64,000 bases of DNA from Gonapodya sp. JEL0774 (Eukaryota), in contig JADIIX010000131.1 in the NCBI GenBank assembly GCA_027604505.1, positions 1 to 64,000 on the forward strand, in the 5' to 3' direction. This document shows, one piece after another, positions 13,031 through 26,600 of this stretch; position 1 is the first letter of the stretch; every line of letters begins with the position of its first letter. Under the pieces are notes generated by a model, which was not told where the DNA came from, made no database searches, and saw nothing but the letters and a program-made list of their open reading frames with translations. The position numbers and the translations under genes are program-made.

Positions 13031-13875
13031 TTACCTCGCATGTCCCGCCAGCATCTCCCGGTTCTCTCCAACGGGGTAGCAAAGCGGGAAGTTTCCAACA
13101 GGATACTGAAACGAATCGTTCGCATGGCGAAGATCCATGTCGATCTTCACTATCGGGTGTGAAGTCTCCATGGTGTGTTGGCTCCGCACATCCCTTTTCT
13201 CAAGTTCCGCATGTACTTTACTTGCCACTTCAACTAAAGCCATGAACCGGTCGGGGTCGGGGGGCTTGGCAATTTGCTGAGATTTGTCGTCAACTTGTGT
13301 AATGAACTGCTTCTCAGTTACCGAGGCGAGTTTGGTGGTTTCACTTTTATGCAGATTTAATCCACGCCTGAGTATCAGGAGTGGGGGTGGTTGATGGGAA
13401 GGGGAGGAGAGAGCTGTGGGGAGGTGGTTGTCGGGACACCAGTTATGCTTACTCACTCCTTTCGTCGCAAAGCGCGCGTTGGGCATTTGAGAATCTGCTG
13501 AGGATCTGGGTGGGCTTCCCGAATGTGTACGTTCAGGTCCCCGACGCGAAAGAATGAGGATGAGCACAGTGGGCATTTATATGGTTTGGGACGGTTCGGG
13601 TTGTGGGTCAGTTCGTGTTGTGCTCGATTATTGGATCTGAATAAGATAGAATTTGTGGCGTGAGTTCACAGCAAAGGCGGGGAGGGCCGGCAGCAGTAAA
13701 AAAGGTCCAGCAGGCACAGTGGCGACAAAACTGACCGATTGAACACTTTTCTGCAAATCTTGCAGGAATAACTTTTCGGTGCATCTGGAGGGATGGTTGG
13801 CCGCTTTGAGGAAGGAGGCTGAGTTGACGAAGGGGGAGATTGCGACCGCTTTTCAGCCGAACACGGAGAAAACAT
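13031..13875 (-). CDS. C2H2 zinc-finger protein (paralog of 11337-12492)
   Basis: YSCKICRKVFNR|SNNRAQHELTHNPNRPKPYKCPLCSSSFFRVGDLNVHIREAH; same intron position as the neighbouring gene. Confidence 0.75.
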
Positions 13876-14780
13876 TTTGCGTTGCGCTGCGGATGGGAAT
13901 TAGTGCGGAAACGCTCACAGGATAAAGAAGAATATGCGCTCTTGCGTGTCTGCTCACGTATTTGAGTGTGTGCTTCCGCCAGTCTGCTGTGGAAGAGGTG
14001 TTGTGGCAGGTTGTGCTGGCGGAACGGTTTGGGCTGTGGCACTTTGCCACACTAATAGAAACCTGTGGATGTGGCATACTGAACTTATCTATCTATGCAG
14101 GAATCTCACAGCACTATTATTATTCTATTTTTCTGCAAGTGCCATACTGTGTGACGTAAACGCAACAAATTCCGCACTCTTGCTACACGTTGCCTCCACT
14201 AATACGCGCACTCGAGGGAATATCCCATTGGATATGAGTTGTAGCTGTGACGACGTCGTACAAAGAGATCTCCGAGCTTGGCTGCCCACTGAAAACTGGA
14301 GCATATCGATTTACGTATGTGTTAGTGAGCAATAATATAATGTCGTCTTTCGTAAATCAACGCGCGATGAACACCCCAGGTCATAGGTCAAGCGATTCAA
14401 GACTTATTGCAAACCTAGAATCAATCACATGCGGAGAGAGAGCAAGCTCACTTTGCATAATCAGAAGTGCATGTACATCTTACACCCTCTTTGAAGTGCA
14501 CACATTCATTTGCTTGCACACAGGCGCATGCAATATATGCATTGTCGCAGTTTCTGCCGTAGTTATTATTATTGTTTCCGCATTCAGGCCTGGTGCCCTA
14601 GTCGAGCGGTTGGTCGGTGGACTAAGCGAATGACGAAGCAAAATCATGTCTGTCACAGATATGCTTGGTAATGCTCACATGTTTTGTACTTGGGAGGGCT
14701 GTAAGCAATCATATATAAATATGGGAGGGACACTGGTATTCATGTAAGGATTCATTGTTATTATTGTAGAATTCTTCTTG

Positions 14781-17700
14781 ATGGACGATCGCGTAGCCAT
14801 TCTCAAAGTCGCGCGATACGTCAAGGCTGGAAAGGAATCAGTTTCTGGAAGCATTGGTGGTAGCGGGGAAAGAGCGGACGGAATCGGAGGCAGAGACAGG
14901 AGTAGGCACAGGAGGAGACGAGGAGGAGGTCCTGGTGGCGGCGCTGGCAATGAACGCACGCGATGGGCCAGTGCGGCTGCAGCACCGTTATGGCAGTCAG
15001 CGCAGCCGCAATCGCTGCGGCATTCAGCTGCTTCTTCGTTCACATCGATCCCATCGCACGGAACGGTGTCCGGTCAAGCTCGGTGGTCTTCGTCGGAGCC
15101 GAGCCTCGTGTGGGCGCAACACGTGAACTGGACACAGGCACAGTCTGCATTGGTCTCGGCTTCTCAGAGTAGACCGGGGCCGTCGCTTCCATCGAAGGAG
15201 ACCGGGACTGTTGCCCGGCCATTGGGGATGCCTGCTCAGCTCGCTCGAGCGCCCACAACTGCCCGTAAAGAAGACCTGGTACTGCAAAGGGTGCAGTCAT
15301 TGGCGGTGCCTCACCCGACGGCCGCCTCTCAAACGAAATCGCAGTTCGCCCAGGGCATAAACCCACACGCCAACTCCCGCAACTTGCTCGCCCCGATGGC
15401 ACAGCACCCACAGGATTGCATCCAATCACAAATTCAACGCACGTGGCTAGAAAATGCAGGCACGCTTGGTCAGCTTCCATCTATCTCGTCGTCCCCTCTG
15501 CCCCCACTCCCTTGCACTCCTACTTTGGACCCAACCGCGCCTCCACCCCCGCCGCCACCTTTACCCTATCTATCCAACGATACTACCACTGACCCGTTTG
15601 AAAGAATTGACGGCCTTCTTTGGCGCCAGCCGTATGTCCGATTATCGTCATCATGTGACTCAGAATCGAACTCGATGCCTTTTCAGCACTGCGTACCGCT
15701 GCCCGTTCTCTTTGAGAGTATGACACTTAAGCACATCTGGGAATCTGCTGGTGGGTATGGGGACTTGGGTGTCCAAATTGTTTGAGCATTTTAGCGAGGT
15801 TCCGTTCTTCGCCGTTGGTTGTGGGGCATCGCGGAATCAGGAGTTGCGATGCCAGGTGTTGGGATTCTTCCTACCCTCATGCAACTGAGCCGCGGCACAC
15901 ATGCAAAGCGTTTCGCTACCCCTGGGAATTCGATCCTCCCTTGAATGGGCTTTGGATGTCAATCACGACAGTTCGTCCAATAATCATTTTTTGCCGATGA
16001 TTCGTTGTTTCACGCTTTCGCGCTTTCCTCCACATAATTTTCTCGGCGCTCTCAGCTCGACACTCCTTTCTCGAACACACCAAGCGGCACATTCCTCTCC
16101 CCTTTGCACGACACGCAGTCCGTCGCGCGCTAACCCACCTCTACTTCCTCTACGCCACGAAAATGAACACCTCGACTCGAGTTGCCGTAGACCAGAATGA
16201 GTGCGGAGGGGCAGCAGACACATTGGAACTAGCACATTACTTGGACCTGCAGGTCTTGGTAGAGGCTTGCTCGAGAGAGCTGGCGGAGGAGGCTGATCGA
16301 ATTGAATGGAGTGTCGATGGTGGTGTAGGTGAGTGTTGGCCTCGGATAGACGTGCTCGCTCTCTCCGAGCTACCCTGCGAACTCTTTTCGCGGTGCCAGA
16401 ACCGCTCTGTCCAGAACCACCTTATTCCAAACTGTCCACTTCGTTGGTGCATCTTCCACTCCTCCATCTCAAACATCCCGTTGCTCTTCTCATCGCGGAG
16501 CGCCACCACCGACACTCACTTACTCCCGCTCTTTGGTCTTCGCTCTGGCGCCGCTGCCTGGCACGCTCTCGTCCACCCGGTACTGAACATGAGGCATGGG
16601 GTGTGGGAGCTTCGGAGGTGAGAGTACGAGTGGTGGCAAAGTGGATTGAGGATGTGATCAGCGGGGAAAGGAAGGTGCGAGTGGGAATGGTCCGGGAGGT
16701 CGTGACAGCGGTGGGGAGTGTAGGAGATGTTCTTACGGTTGTGCTTGGGCGAAGTGAAGAAGATCTGTGCAAAGATTCTTTATTGGAAGTGGCTCAATAC
16801 GCGGATGGACTTAAGGAGGTGAGAGTTGTGTGCCATATGGAGATGTCTGGATGGGAGAAAAGCGCAACAGAGTCCATCGAGGCAGTCGCTGAGGGGACAC
16901 GGAGGCGAGAAGACGGGAAGTCTAGTGGACCAGTGCTTGTCCTTGAGCTACGGTGCTCGCAACTTGGTGATGCGGGTTACATTGCGGGACTCTGTGCAAA
17001 AGCTCCCACCAGCACCCTACTGGCCGTTTCGCCTTCTCCAGGGCAGCAACCAACTTCCCTGCACCGCTACGTTCGACTTGTTCCGGATCAGACCATTGAT
17101 GTTACACCGGGTGTGCAAAGACACGATTTATCTGCCAAATTGCGATCTCGCATTGGTGCCGGAATGGTTACCTCGATTCCGTCAACAGTTGCAGACTCTC
17201 GCGATACCAAATCCTCCAAAATTCATATACGCATCAAAGCTACGCACGACCCACGTGCTCCGATCCTTTCTTCTTCTCTTCGTACGGTGCTCGCCTCGAT
17301 AGCCCCGGTACGACTTGTGGGTTTCGACGTGGAGCGATTGATCATTTCCACACAAGATGGTGAACAAATAGCGTCCATGATGTCAGCAGCCGGAAATCAT
17401 CTGACAAGGCTGAGGCTCACTGGATGCTTTCTTGCGATTGAGGACTTAGTGTCACTGTGTGAGGTGGCCGCCAGGAGTGAACTTTTGGAAGACCTGGGGC
17501 TGGAAGATCTGAATTATCTCGGTGGTCTACAAGGACGAGAAGACCACGAAGACCAGGATACCACAGCTCGGCTGGCTTCCGCTCTCGTTGCTCTTTTTAA
17601 GCGACGCCCTTCGCCTCTCCGAGTTCTCGTGTCGGGTGTTGTGTTTCCCGGTCACCCATGCCTCTCCATGTGCCGTGCGGCAGTAACATCGGGAACTCGT

Positions 17701-18471
17701 GAGGTGCGTCTGCGCAGATGCGGCATCGGCGCCGCTGGTATTAGTGAAATGGCATCGATTCTGGACGAAGCGGGACAGGGACGAGAGACAGTGTTTCCTC
17801 ACACGCTAGATTTGAGCGAGAGTGGCGCGCCTCCAAGAACGATCGCCACATTAGTCGCGGAGATCACAAGATCTGGGTGGGCTAATGTACTGAAGGAATT
17901 AGATTTGTCTGGAGCGGGGTTTGACACGGGTGCAGCGGTTGCGATTGCGCGCTTTTTGGAGCGCGGCCCCAACGCCCTCCGGGTGTTGAGACTTCGAGGA
18001 ACTGCGGCCGGGCCGCACTTGGGAGACACAGGGTTCAGAGAAGTGATGTCAGGGCTAACTCGCTGTGAGGGACTGGAGACTGTGGACTTTCGGAGACAAA
18101 GAGTGGGAGACTTGGGCGCGGTGTGGTTGGGAAAGAAGTTAGGGAGTGGCGTGTGGCCCAACATTCGAAGGATTGGCTTGGAAGATAATGCAATGACGGA
18201 CGTCGGGGCAAGCGAAATTTGGGCAGCAATTGCGCGGCGGTATGAGAGCTGGGACGGTGGAGGAGAAGTTGGCATCAATGGCGTCAGTGGCAGCATTCAC
18301 CACAATGAACCACCAAGGTGGGGACTTGTTATTGAACTGGACGGCAACTTTGTGTCCCCATTAGAGGCATGCCGTCTGGAATCTTGGAGGACCCAGATCC
18401 ACTTGCAGGGGGCGGTGCAGTGCATTGCAGGGGTCGTCCGATGCCCCCGACAGAACTCTATAGGGTTGTAG
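14781..18471 (+). CDS. RNI-like leucine-rich repeat protein with probable SKP1/BTB-like segment and low-complexity N-terminus (may be two genes)
   Basis: The 712-aa ORF 16333-18471 has LRRs (LTRLRLTGC, LKELDLSG, LRVLRLRG..LGDTG, IRRIGLEDNAMTDVGA). An upstream exon encodes TLELAHYLDLQVLVEACSRELAE. Linkage to ORF 14778-15785 is uncertain. Confidence 0.65.
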
Positions 18472-18939
18472 GATGATTGACAAGCTGAAAAGGACATTCA
18501 CATGAGCGTCAAGAGCGTCTAGTCGAGTTGCGTGTTCTGACGCACACTTCTTGCACGCGATACTTCTTGCGGCACTGGCGAGTTGTCCTCGTCTTAGTCA
18601 CTATTAATGTAGGAAAGTGACGATTGAAGGCATTTTGAAAATTTTTCGTTTTTGTATGCTACATACATGGTATGATCAAACCGTGCAACTGCTACAGTGT
18701 CCGAAAAAACTGATGGTGGTATTGACATGAATATCAAGAGTTTCTTTTTCATCCTCCGCAAATACAACACACAACGTGTTGCAGTGTTGGTCTGCGTAGC
18801 CGCAAATGAGCAAAAGCAAGAGCATGACAAGCATCAGGATACGATCCGAGAAGGATCCAAACAGTTGCGAATCGCGGGACAATATATGTCCTTTCAACCA
18901 CCCATCACCACTTCCACACACCAAGCCACAATGCCACCA

Positions 18940-19242
18940 TCAATAGGATGAGTTCCATTCGCCCAGGCGGTCGTAAATCGCAAAAGTAGCGTCCCGGGTT
19001 GGGGTAGGCGCGGCAGTATCCACCATGTACGTTTTGCCATCCACCTCCACAGTCTTGGTTTCTGACGGACGGCGGAGGGGGTTGGTAGGGGAAGCATACT
19101 TGGATTGAGAAGGTAGAGCAAACGCAATTGAATTTATGTCCACCAAAGACGGATTCGGAGCGATGCCAGTGTTGATTGCAGAAGGAGAAGGAGTGCGGGC
19201 GTGTACGGATGGGCTTCCAGTGCGTTGGATTGGATTCATCAT
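18940..19242 (-). CDS. Hypothetical ~100-aa protein
   Basis: Natural-looking ORF MMNPIQRTGSP...IYDRLGEWNSSY with pyrimidine-rich upstream flank. No family recognised. Confidence 0.35.
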   Translation of the reverse strand: MMNPIQRTGSPSVHARTPSPSAINTGIAPNPSLVDINSIAFALPSQSKYASPTNPLRRPSETKTVEVDGKTYMVDTAAPTPTRDATFAIYDRLGEWNSSY

Positions 19243-20328
19243 TTTCGGTGAAATATGAATGGTGGGATGATGAAGAACGACTCAGAGGAATACAAGCTTG
19301 GAATCGAAAGAAAAAGAAAGATAAGTTTGAAGGAATGATTGTCATTGCGATGGATGTATGCGGGTTTGGTGGGGGATACGAAATGACGCCAAGCGTTGCA
19401 GAGCAATGTCGTTAATGAGAAAGCGACGTCGGACGCAATAGGAGACCAAAGATGATCAGTTCAAGAAAGAGACAGAAAGAATCAAGAATGATTTGGGACG
19501 TTCCATTGACAGGGATGTTCAACGTGATCCACATGCGACGAGCGCCAAGAACCATTGAATCACTCAGTATTCCGCTTCAGCTTACCTGATTGACAGAATA
19601 TACGAACAGAAAAAGTGGCCGACTTGCTGCAACTGCGTTTGAATGTATCGATTGCGTTTGAAGGTCTAGATTTTATTCACCGACCCCGGTGTGAAAGATC
19701 CGAAAGTGATAAGGCCACTTCCTCTAGATGATAAATGAACTTGTGCAAACTTTGGCACTTTGCTTACCAGCGTCAAATTCCTTCAGCAAATTATTGCGAA
19801 AGTTTGCGAAAGGCACTCACACTTACTTTTATCTTCTCGCCACTGCGTTGTGCAGGCACAGCTTGGGGCACGGTTACTGCGAAGCCCCACTTGGACTTTG
19901 CGTTACAAACCGCCAACACCCAACTCCTATCTGCGCTCTCTCTACTCCTACCCCATTACACCACAATTGGCAACCTCCTGGTGGAATTCAGACACAATAT
20001 TTTAATCTACTATATGCATCCATAAATGGGAATAATTCTCTGGGACATCGTCTCGCTTTGCCCATCAGCTCTGACTTTCTGATGGGTTTCCCGTTTTCCC
20101 TTTCTCAAATAATGTGGGTGCTCATGAGCGGTTGCGGTTGAGATGCCGGTGACCGTGCATCCCCATCCAAACTAAAGGCTCGCGGCGTGCACCAACGACC
20201 CCCAGGTCGAATCACTGCAGAACGGAACAATTTTCGCAGATAATTGGCTCGGATCGTGCTGAACCTGAGCTCAGCTTGGCACACAGCTCTGGAATCCCTT
20301 GAATTCTCACCACTGAATATTTTCCGCT

Positions 20329-23300
20329 ATGACTGGATCAAACTGCCATATCAACGGAACAGCGCACGCAACAAGCTTCAACGGTGGTGGGAAGTCTATT
20401 GTGGAGTGCCAGAAGTGTGGTGGGAAAGTCGTGGACGTTTCGGGAATGATCTCGACTGAGGATGGAAACTTTGTCGTGGACGGTAAGTGCGAGTCGCGGA
20501 AGTGGTCATTCTGGGACCGGAGTTGAAGGAAAGGAATGATGTTAGCTGTGCTAAGACTGGCAATGGGATATTGCCGCGGGTCTTTGGCAATGATCCCAAA
20601 ATGCCATTATGAAAACCTTGTCACTGACGTCCTCAATCAATCCCTCCCGAAAGCGGCTACGCTCTCGGAGCACTCGAAACTGTCTCACATCTCAGATACT
20701 ATTTCCTGCTCCAAATGCAAAGCCACCATTGGGCACCGCCTGTCCGTCGTGCCAAGCAGGGTACCTGGTTCTTGGGCGGAACCTGTGGTGCTGGATCCCA
20801 AAGCAGTTCATGTGCCTGTGTCTAAAATCCTTCAAGGGAGGAGTGGAGAGGGTGACATGGATGAAGACGAAGGAGGGCACAGTGGTGACAGCCTGAGTCC
20901 TCCTCCACTTTCGAATGGTCACAGAGGTGACGGTGAGGCCATCAGTGAAATGGAATCCTTTCTGAATCTCGACGGAGGTCAGACAGAGGGGATATTGGCA
21001 TCTTCTGCTTCTGTGCATCGGGTGGATGGAGTCCTGCCAAATGGAATTCGCAACCGAGCACCTCCCGTAATTGGAGCACACCACGCGAACACCAACGGAA
21101 CGCACTCAAAACGTCACGATAGAAATCATAGTGTATCCTCGCGGGAGAACGCTACAAATGCGCCCGCAATGCGCCCCACTCGCTCACGGACGCCCGTCCC
21201 TTATGACACGTTGACCTCGGCTGCCGCAAGTGCACCGTCCTCGACCCAACCCACACTGCCTGTACCCGCTCAATCACAACCAGGAGTCGTGCGCCCACCG
21301 TCCACAATATCCCTGCTCTCGACACTGGATCCGGCTCCCACCACTGCACAACCCCCGCCAGCTCCACCCTCTTCCCCACCTCCGGCACCAGCCGTCACCA
21401 CAGATGTCTCGATTGCTGGGGTTGAATGTGAAGCTGTGCTGGCCCGTGACAAGGGCAAAGGACGTGCAGACGTTGCGGCAATCGGAAAAGATGCTGCTGG
21501 TGTTCCTGCGGGCCGGATGGATCACTCTCCCTTGCGAGGTTCCGTGTCACCGAATCTGAGGGCCAGCTCGAGAAACAATATGACGGATGCTGATAGCGTT
21601 ACTGCCTTACACGCTCGCGAAACGTCAGGCCCCCGCGACAATGATGTTGAATCCGAGGTCGACTTGCGCAGCGAGAGTACTCCGTCAAGGCCCCCTCCGC
21701 ATCGAGGCGTCTTGGATCGACTCGTGGAAACTACTTCTGACCTTGATCCGCCAACCCCAATCGACCATAGTGCGCCTAACCGCCGGCCTCCAACCGTTCT
21801 ACCCCAACCCCTCCTATTGCCCGCCACGCACTTGGATCACTCAGACCTCTCTTGCCTTAACCACAACCCGCCCGTTCGATCTCCTGTTCTTGCAAGCACA
21901 GGGTCCACCCATCGCACGTCTGCGAATAGCACTGAACCTCGTGAAAACAATGGAGCTTTGGGGTTACCACGAACCACCGCGAGCGCAACGGCGTTTTCGG
22001 CGGATGGCAGTTCGAACGGCAACGAGCAGAATCGCACACCGGGAGGGTTTAAGAATGGTTTGGGATTCGAGCACGTGACGATTGAGGACATTGATCACAG
22101 ATTTGGGGATGTGAGTGGTTCTGTGATCCTGGAGTCCCCAACCAACTTTAAAGTCTGCCGTTTCTTTCAACAATTAGATTGAAGAAGCCTTCATCCAGAC
22201 AACACACCTCCTTGCACACCTGAAACTTCGTGTTGATCGCACTCTACCCCGGCATGCTCTTGACGACTTCGAGTCCGACCCGTTCGGCTTGCGGATCAGG
22301 CGACGCGACGAGGACCCCCGCGTAGATGATCTCCTCCGAAGAGTGGAAGATCTCGAGTCTCGAGAGAACACTCGACCAGCAGCGGCGGGGGCGGCCGCCG
22401 TTGTGGATGATGCGCGTCTGCGGTCATTAGAGCTGAAGTTGGGCAACGAGACCACCGAGCGCGTGGCGGCGCTTGAACATATCAAGAAGGAACTCCTTGC
22501 AGTAGGGAAGGCAGCACAGAAGATGTCTGAGAAGCTCAGGAAGGAGATGTCCCTCCCAGCACGAAAACCGAGGTCTGGTGAAGACTCCGACACCGTTCAA
22601 AATGTTGGCGGCTCCTCCTTCGCTGTCATGTCATCACCTGTGACGGATAGGAGGGGCTCAGGGGGTGATGCTCAGGGTGCGCTGGAAAGCTCGGGCCTGT
22701 TGACTGAGGAAGGTCAACGACAACCTCCTGATCGGCTTGTAAATTTGCATGGAGGCGTTAGCGATAGAGTTCCAGAAAGCTGGTTTCGGGAGCGAAATGA
22801 CTTGAGGCGGAAGCTGGATGAGCGTGGAAAAGAAAGCGAAGAGTTACGCAGTAGACTCAAACTACAGGAAACGGAAGGGAGAGAGTGGCAGCGACGACAC
22901 GAGGAGCTCGAAAGGCAAATGCAGCAGCGATTGGAGAACAGTGAACGAGATGGGGCGGACTTGCGAAGACGAGTAGACGAACTCTCAAAGGAATTGAAGG
23001 ATGCTCTCGGCGCGCGCACTGAAACCAACGTCGTCCGAAGTGTGGTTGAGCATTCGCCTTCGATCACATCTGTCGATAGCCACACGATCCCTTCTCGAGG
23101 TGGAAATTCCGCATTTGCACAGCTCACTGCTTCTTCACAACAGCGGAAATCTTTCAGTGGCGACAACATCCAATCAATGGGATCTGTTAATGTCGCAAGC
23201 CTAGATGCTTCTCGGGCACAGTCTGTTGGCATTCCACAAATACAGGTCGCCGCCCCTCCTCGGAGAGCGCCAGCAAAGTCTCAAAAGAAACTTGTCAAAC

Positions 23301-24949
23301 GCGATAAAGCGCCGGAGCAGGAAGCAGAAGCCGTGCCTAACCTCAACGATGAACCACGACTCACTGATGATGCCACCACGACCGCGAGCGCTGTTGCAAT
23401 GGACGCAACACTCTCCAAGGAGCTCCCTGCTCCTTCTGCGCAAACGTTGAAACGTCGGGAACGACCTTCTTTGGCCACCAATCGCGCTGCAACAGCTGTC
23501 AAAGCGACTGGACCGGGTCGAGGTCACCGGCCGGGACGGTCGGATTCCAATACCCCTACAGCACCCATACCTGACACATATGATGATGGGGAAGGGACAG
23601 ATGTTTCAGAGATGGATTCACCCAAAGCCGGGGGAGGTCACGGACGAGCGCGGACTACAGACTTGCGCATGACCACGAGTGCAAGTGATGATGGGCACCA
23701 GACCTCGTTCAATCCCGAGTTGACGCTCTCTGGCAATCTAAAAATATCCGAGCCTTCTGTTAATCCAGAGAGTTCGTCAGTGTGGGATGATGTACCGAAC
23801 CACTCTCCATCAGCTCCCTATCAGTCCCCGAGAAAGACTTCCGTCCCGAATCGCAGCAAAATCAATGCCCCACCACTTCAGGAAGGAATTTCTGCAACGG
23901 CCCCCAATAGTGGAACAAAGGTTGCTACAAGCGTATCGCGCAAACGGAAAGGGCCTCCAGCAAATGAGGAGACTGCAGCCGTCACCAATGGGAGCAGCTC
24001 TCAGAGTGTTGCTAATGAGATGGACAAGACATCGACGAACATTGACTCCAAACCCAGCTCCGGCAGAGCTTCCATGACAGGCAAGACACCTCGTCCGTCC
24101 TCATCGTCAGATGAGCCCCCAAAAGATGGCAAGTTCTTTTATTATGCTGACGAGCAGCACACTCCGGCGAAGAATATTTTCGAGACCACTATCCTCGAGA
24201 ATTCAAGCAGACGATCCAAATTGATGCAGTCTAAGCCGGCCCCCGTTGCGCCTGTTGGGCTGTCTACAAGAACTTCTAGTCGTGCAACCGCCATTATACG
24301 ACCGACACGGCGCACTCTTATGGCCGCTACAAGTTCACCCGGAGGACGAGATCCGCTGACCATGGCATCTGTCGAGAGAAGTATCGCCCCCGTGCCAAAC
24401 AGTATCTCTCAGTTCCCGCTCCCGAACCCTATGACATTTGGTTCAGAAGACCCACTGACTGCGGATTCATATCCGGTACCCACGACTAGTCCCGTGCAAA
24501 AAACGCAGCGTTCTGACAGCGGTACCTCCAAAAAAGCCAAGGGCACTAAGCGGATAGCTCGCGCAAAGGATCCCCTGCCGAGCGATTTACAGACATCCGA
24601 AGATCCTCCACCTTCTTTGACAACCAAACTGGGAGGAGAAGCACAACAGATCCCCAAGGCGATTGTGCACAATCTGGATGAGTTGGAGGAGGTAGATGAG
24701 CTGGAGGAGGTGGAACAGGACAGGGGGGTCCAAGAGGACAAGGCAAGGACCAAACCTGACGGTGCGTTTGATGGACGTGCTGGTAAGCGGCGAGCAGGTG
24801 CTGCTGATACTGTTGAGGGTGAGTTTTCAACGTTTCTGCTGTGGAGGTCTATCGGTGCGGAAATGCACAATGCATGCAGCTGATTAAGTATTCTTGTTTT
24901 CTAACTAGGAGCTGCGAAGCGACCTGTGAAGAAGCAAAAGAAGAGGTGA
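20329..24949 (+). CDS. Large (~1400 aa) mostly disordered protein with N-terminal twin CxxC (Yippee/Mis18-like) domain, central coiled coil and basic C-terminal NLS
   Basis: VECQKCGGKVVD...ISCSKCKATIGHRL; ORFs 20536-22182 and 22289-24883; last exon GAAKRPVKKQKKR* after a GTGAGT...TAG intron. Confidence 0.65.
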
Positions 24950-25599
24950 CGTTCTATCGCATTTGTATACTCCTCACCGACTATAGCCGGTTTGCAGGCG
25001 CCGTCGGCGTCAGGGTGGTGATTTGGGTTGAGTTTGAGAATTTATTGTCTCAGGAAACGAGTGCGTTGCACTTGGATAGACAATTGGGACGCGGTATTGC
25101 ATGATACCCTCGGTACAGGTACAATTATGAATTTAACTTTGTCGTTTCCTCAATAATGTTTGACGCACGTGATTAATTTTAAAAATGTGGTACTGCTCCA
25201 TTTGGTCGCATTTGGAACAAAACACCGCTAGACAATTTCACCACTTCACCGCACTTGATGTACAAACCAACAACCAGCAACCGCAAACGCCCCAAGGTAG
25301 TAGAATTCTCCATTTGCGGCATGGAGGATGCCTACTTTCCAACTCTGTTCCTCTGTTTCTTGTCTTCAGAATCTGCCCTGGCGCTGTCCGCTCGTTCTGC
25401 CTTCACAGACGTGCTACAACCGTGCATCCATCGCCCAGTCCGCATCAAAGTGCATGTACGTGTTCTGAGATTTGCACCGACATCTTCCCTTGCCTCTGTA
25501 AATGACAGAACATGCTTGTACAGCGCACGTGACAGGTTCTCCACCTCCCTCCTATCAAGATCAGAACTATACGTGCTTCCTGTGCATATCGAGAAAAGT

Positions 25600-26600
25600 C
25601 TTGATGCTGCATAGCATGCATTTGGGAAGGTTATGTAGAGTGACGTGGTGCTCCACCAATTCCTCGCACCATGCACGCAGGACTGCCTCGGAAATCGGGG
25701 AAGTTCGGGGTTGTGCTCATGCACCGCTGATCTTTCAGAACACTATCGGAAATTCTCTCCATTTCTCTGTAATGTTTCGTTCCGAGAACCGTCGCCCTCG
25801 AGAAAGCGTCTGTAAATACAGGTGTTGTAATGAGTTTGCTCGATGTCACGAAAGGTACATCTTGACACGGTGGATCAGTTTGACATGGAGTGGTCAACTC
25901 GAGTACCAACCGCCTCGTTTGGGGATTTTGGTTTATGGGTTTCGTTTCTTCAAACTGAACAACCCTTTTCCTCCTTCCTCTGATGTTCTAGCGTCACTGA
26001 CTCGTGAAGTTTCGAGTTGAACATCGTCAATCTCAAATCCTGCAACATTCTGCATTGGATGGTGACTCTTGCTTCTTGCTGGTTGGTGCGATGTATGACT
26101 CCCCCAAGCGGAGAAAGGAGGTTGGTGGGCCACAGTGCGGCGCTCTGGAGCATGCTTCGAGCGGCTGTTGGGGTGTCCTTACCGTAGCCAGTCCGACGCC
26201 GAGTAATCCGACTTGGAGAAGTTGTCGGTTGTGCTCATGGAGCTCGACATCCCTCTGCTTTCAGCGCACTAACCGAAATTGTTTGCACTTTTCTGTAATG
26301 TTTGGTTCCACTACCTGCATCCTCGAGGAAACTTCTTCGAATAAAAGTGCTTGTATTCGTTTGTTCGATGTGACATAAGGTACGTCTTCTTTCCTTGCGG
26401 TGCGAACACACAAATGAGGAAGTGGATGTTGGTGGACTAGAAGGCGGCGCTCTGGAGCATGCTTCAAACGGCTGTTGGTGGGTGGCGCCCCGCGGACCAG
26501 TCCGACCCCCATACTCCACGGCGCACTCACGCCTCTTTTATTTTGGTTTATGAGGCTCATTTCGTCAAACTGCTTAAACTTTTGCCCTTTTCCTCTTATG
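25600..26600 (-). pseudogene. Degenerate duplicated, frame-disrupted coding-like sequence
   Basis: Diverged direct copies (~25700-25980 vs ~26230-26590; ~26116-26190 vs ~26425-26510) encode related peptides (DVPFVTS / DVPYVTS; GTKHYRE / GTKHYRK) in different frames. Confidence 0.35.

Noticed and set aside
15886..15888. In-frame TGA (PSCN*AAAH) upstream of the LRR gene as a second Sec codon
   Set aside because: No redox motif or selenoprotein family resemblance; probably intronic.
26440..26520. gcttcaaac as a possible tRNA-Sec anticodon loop
   Set aside because: No anticodon stem, T-loop or acceptor stem; it is part of a degenerate repeat. No tRNA was recognised anywhere in the window.
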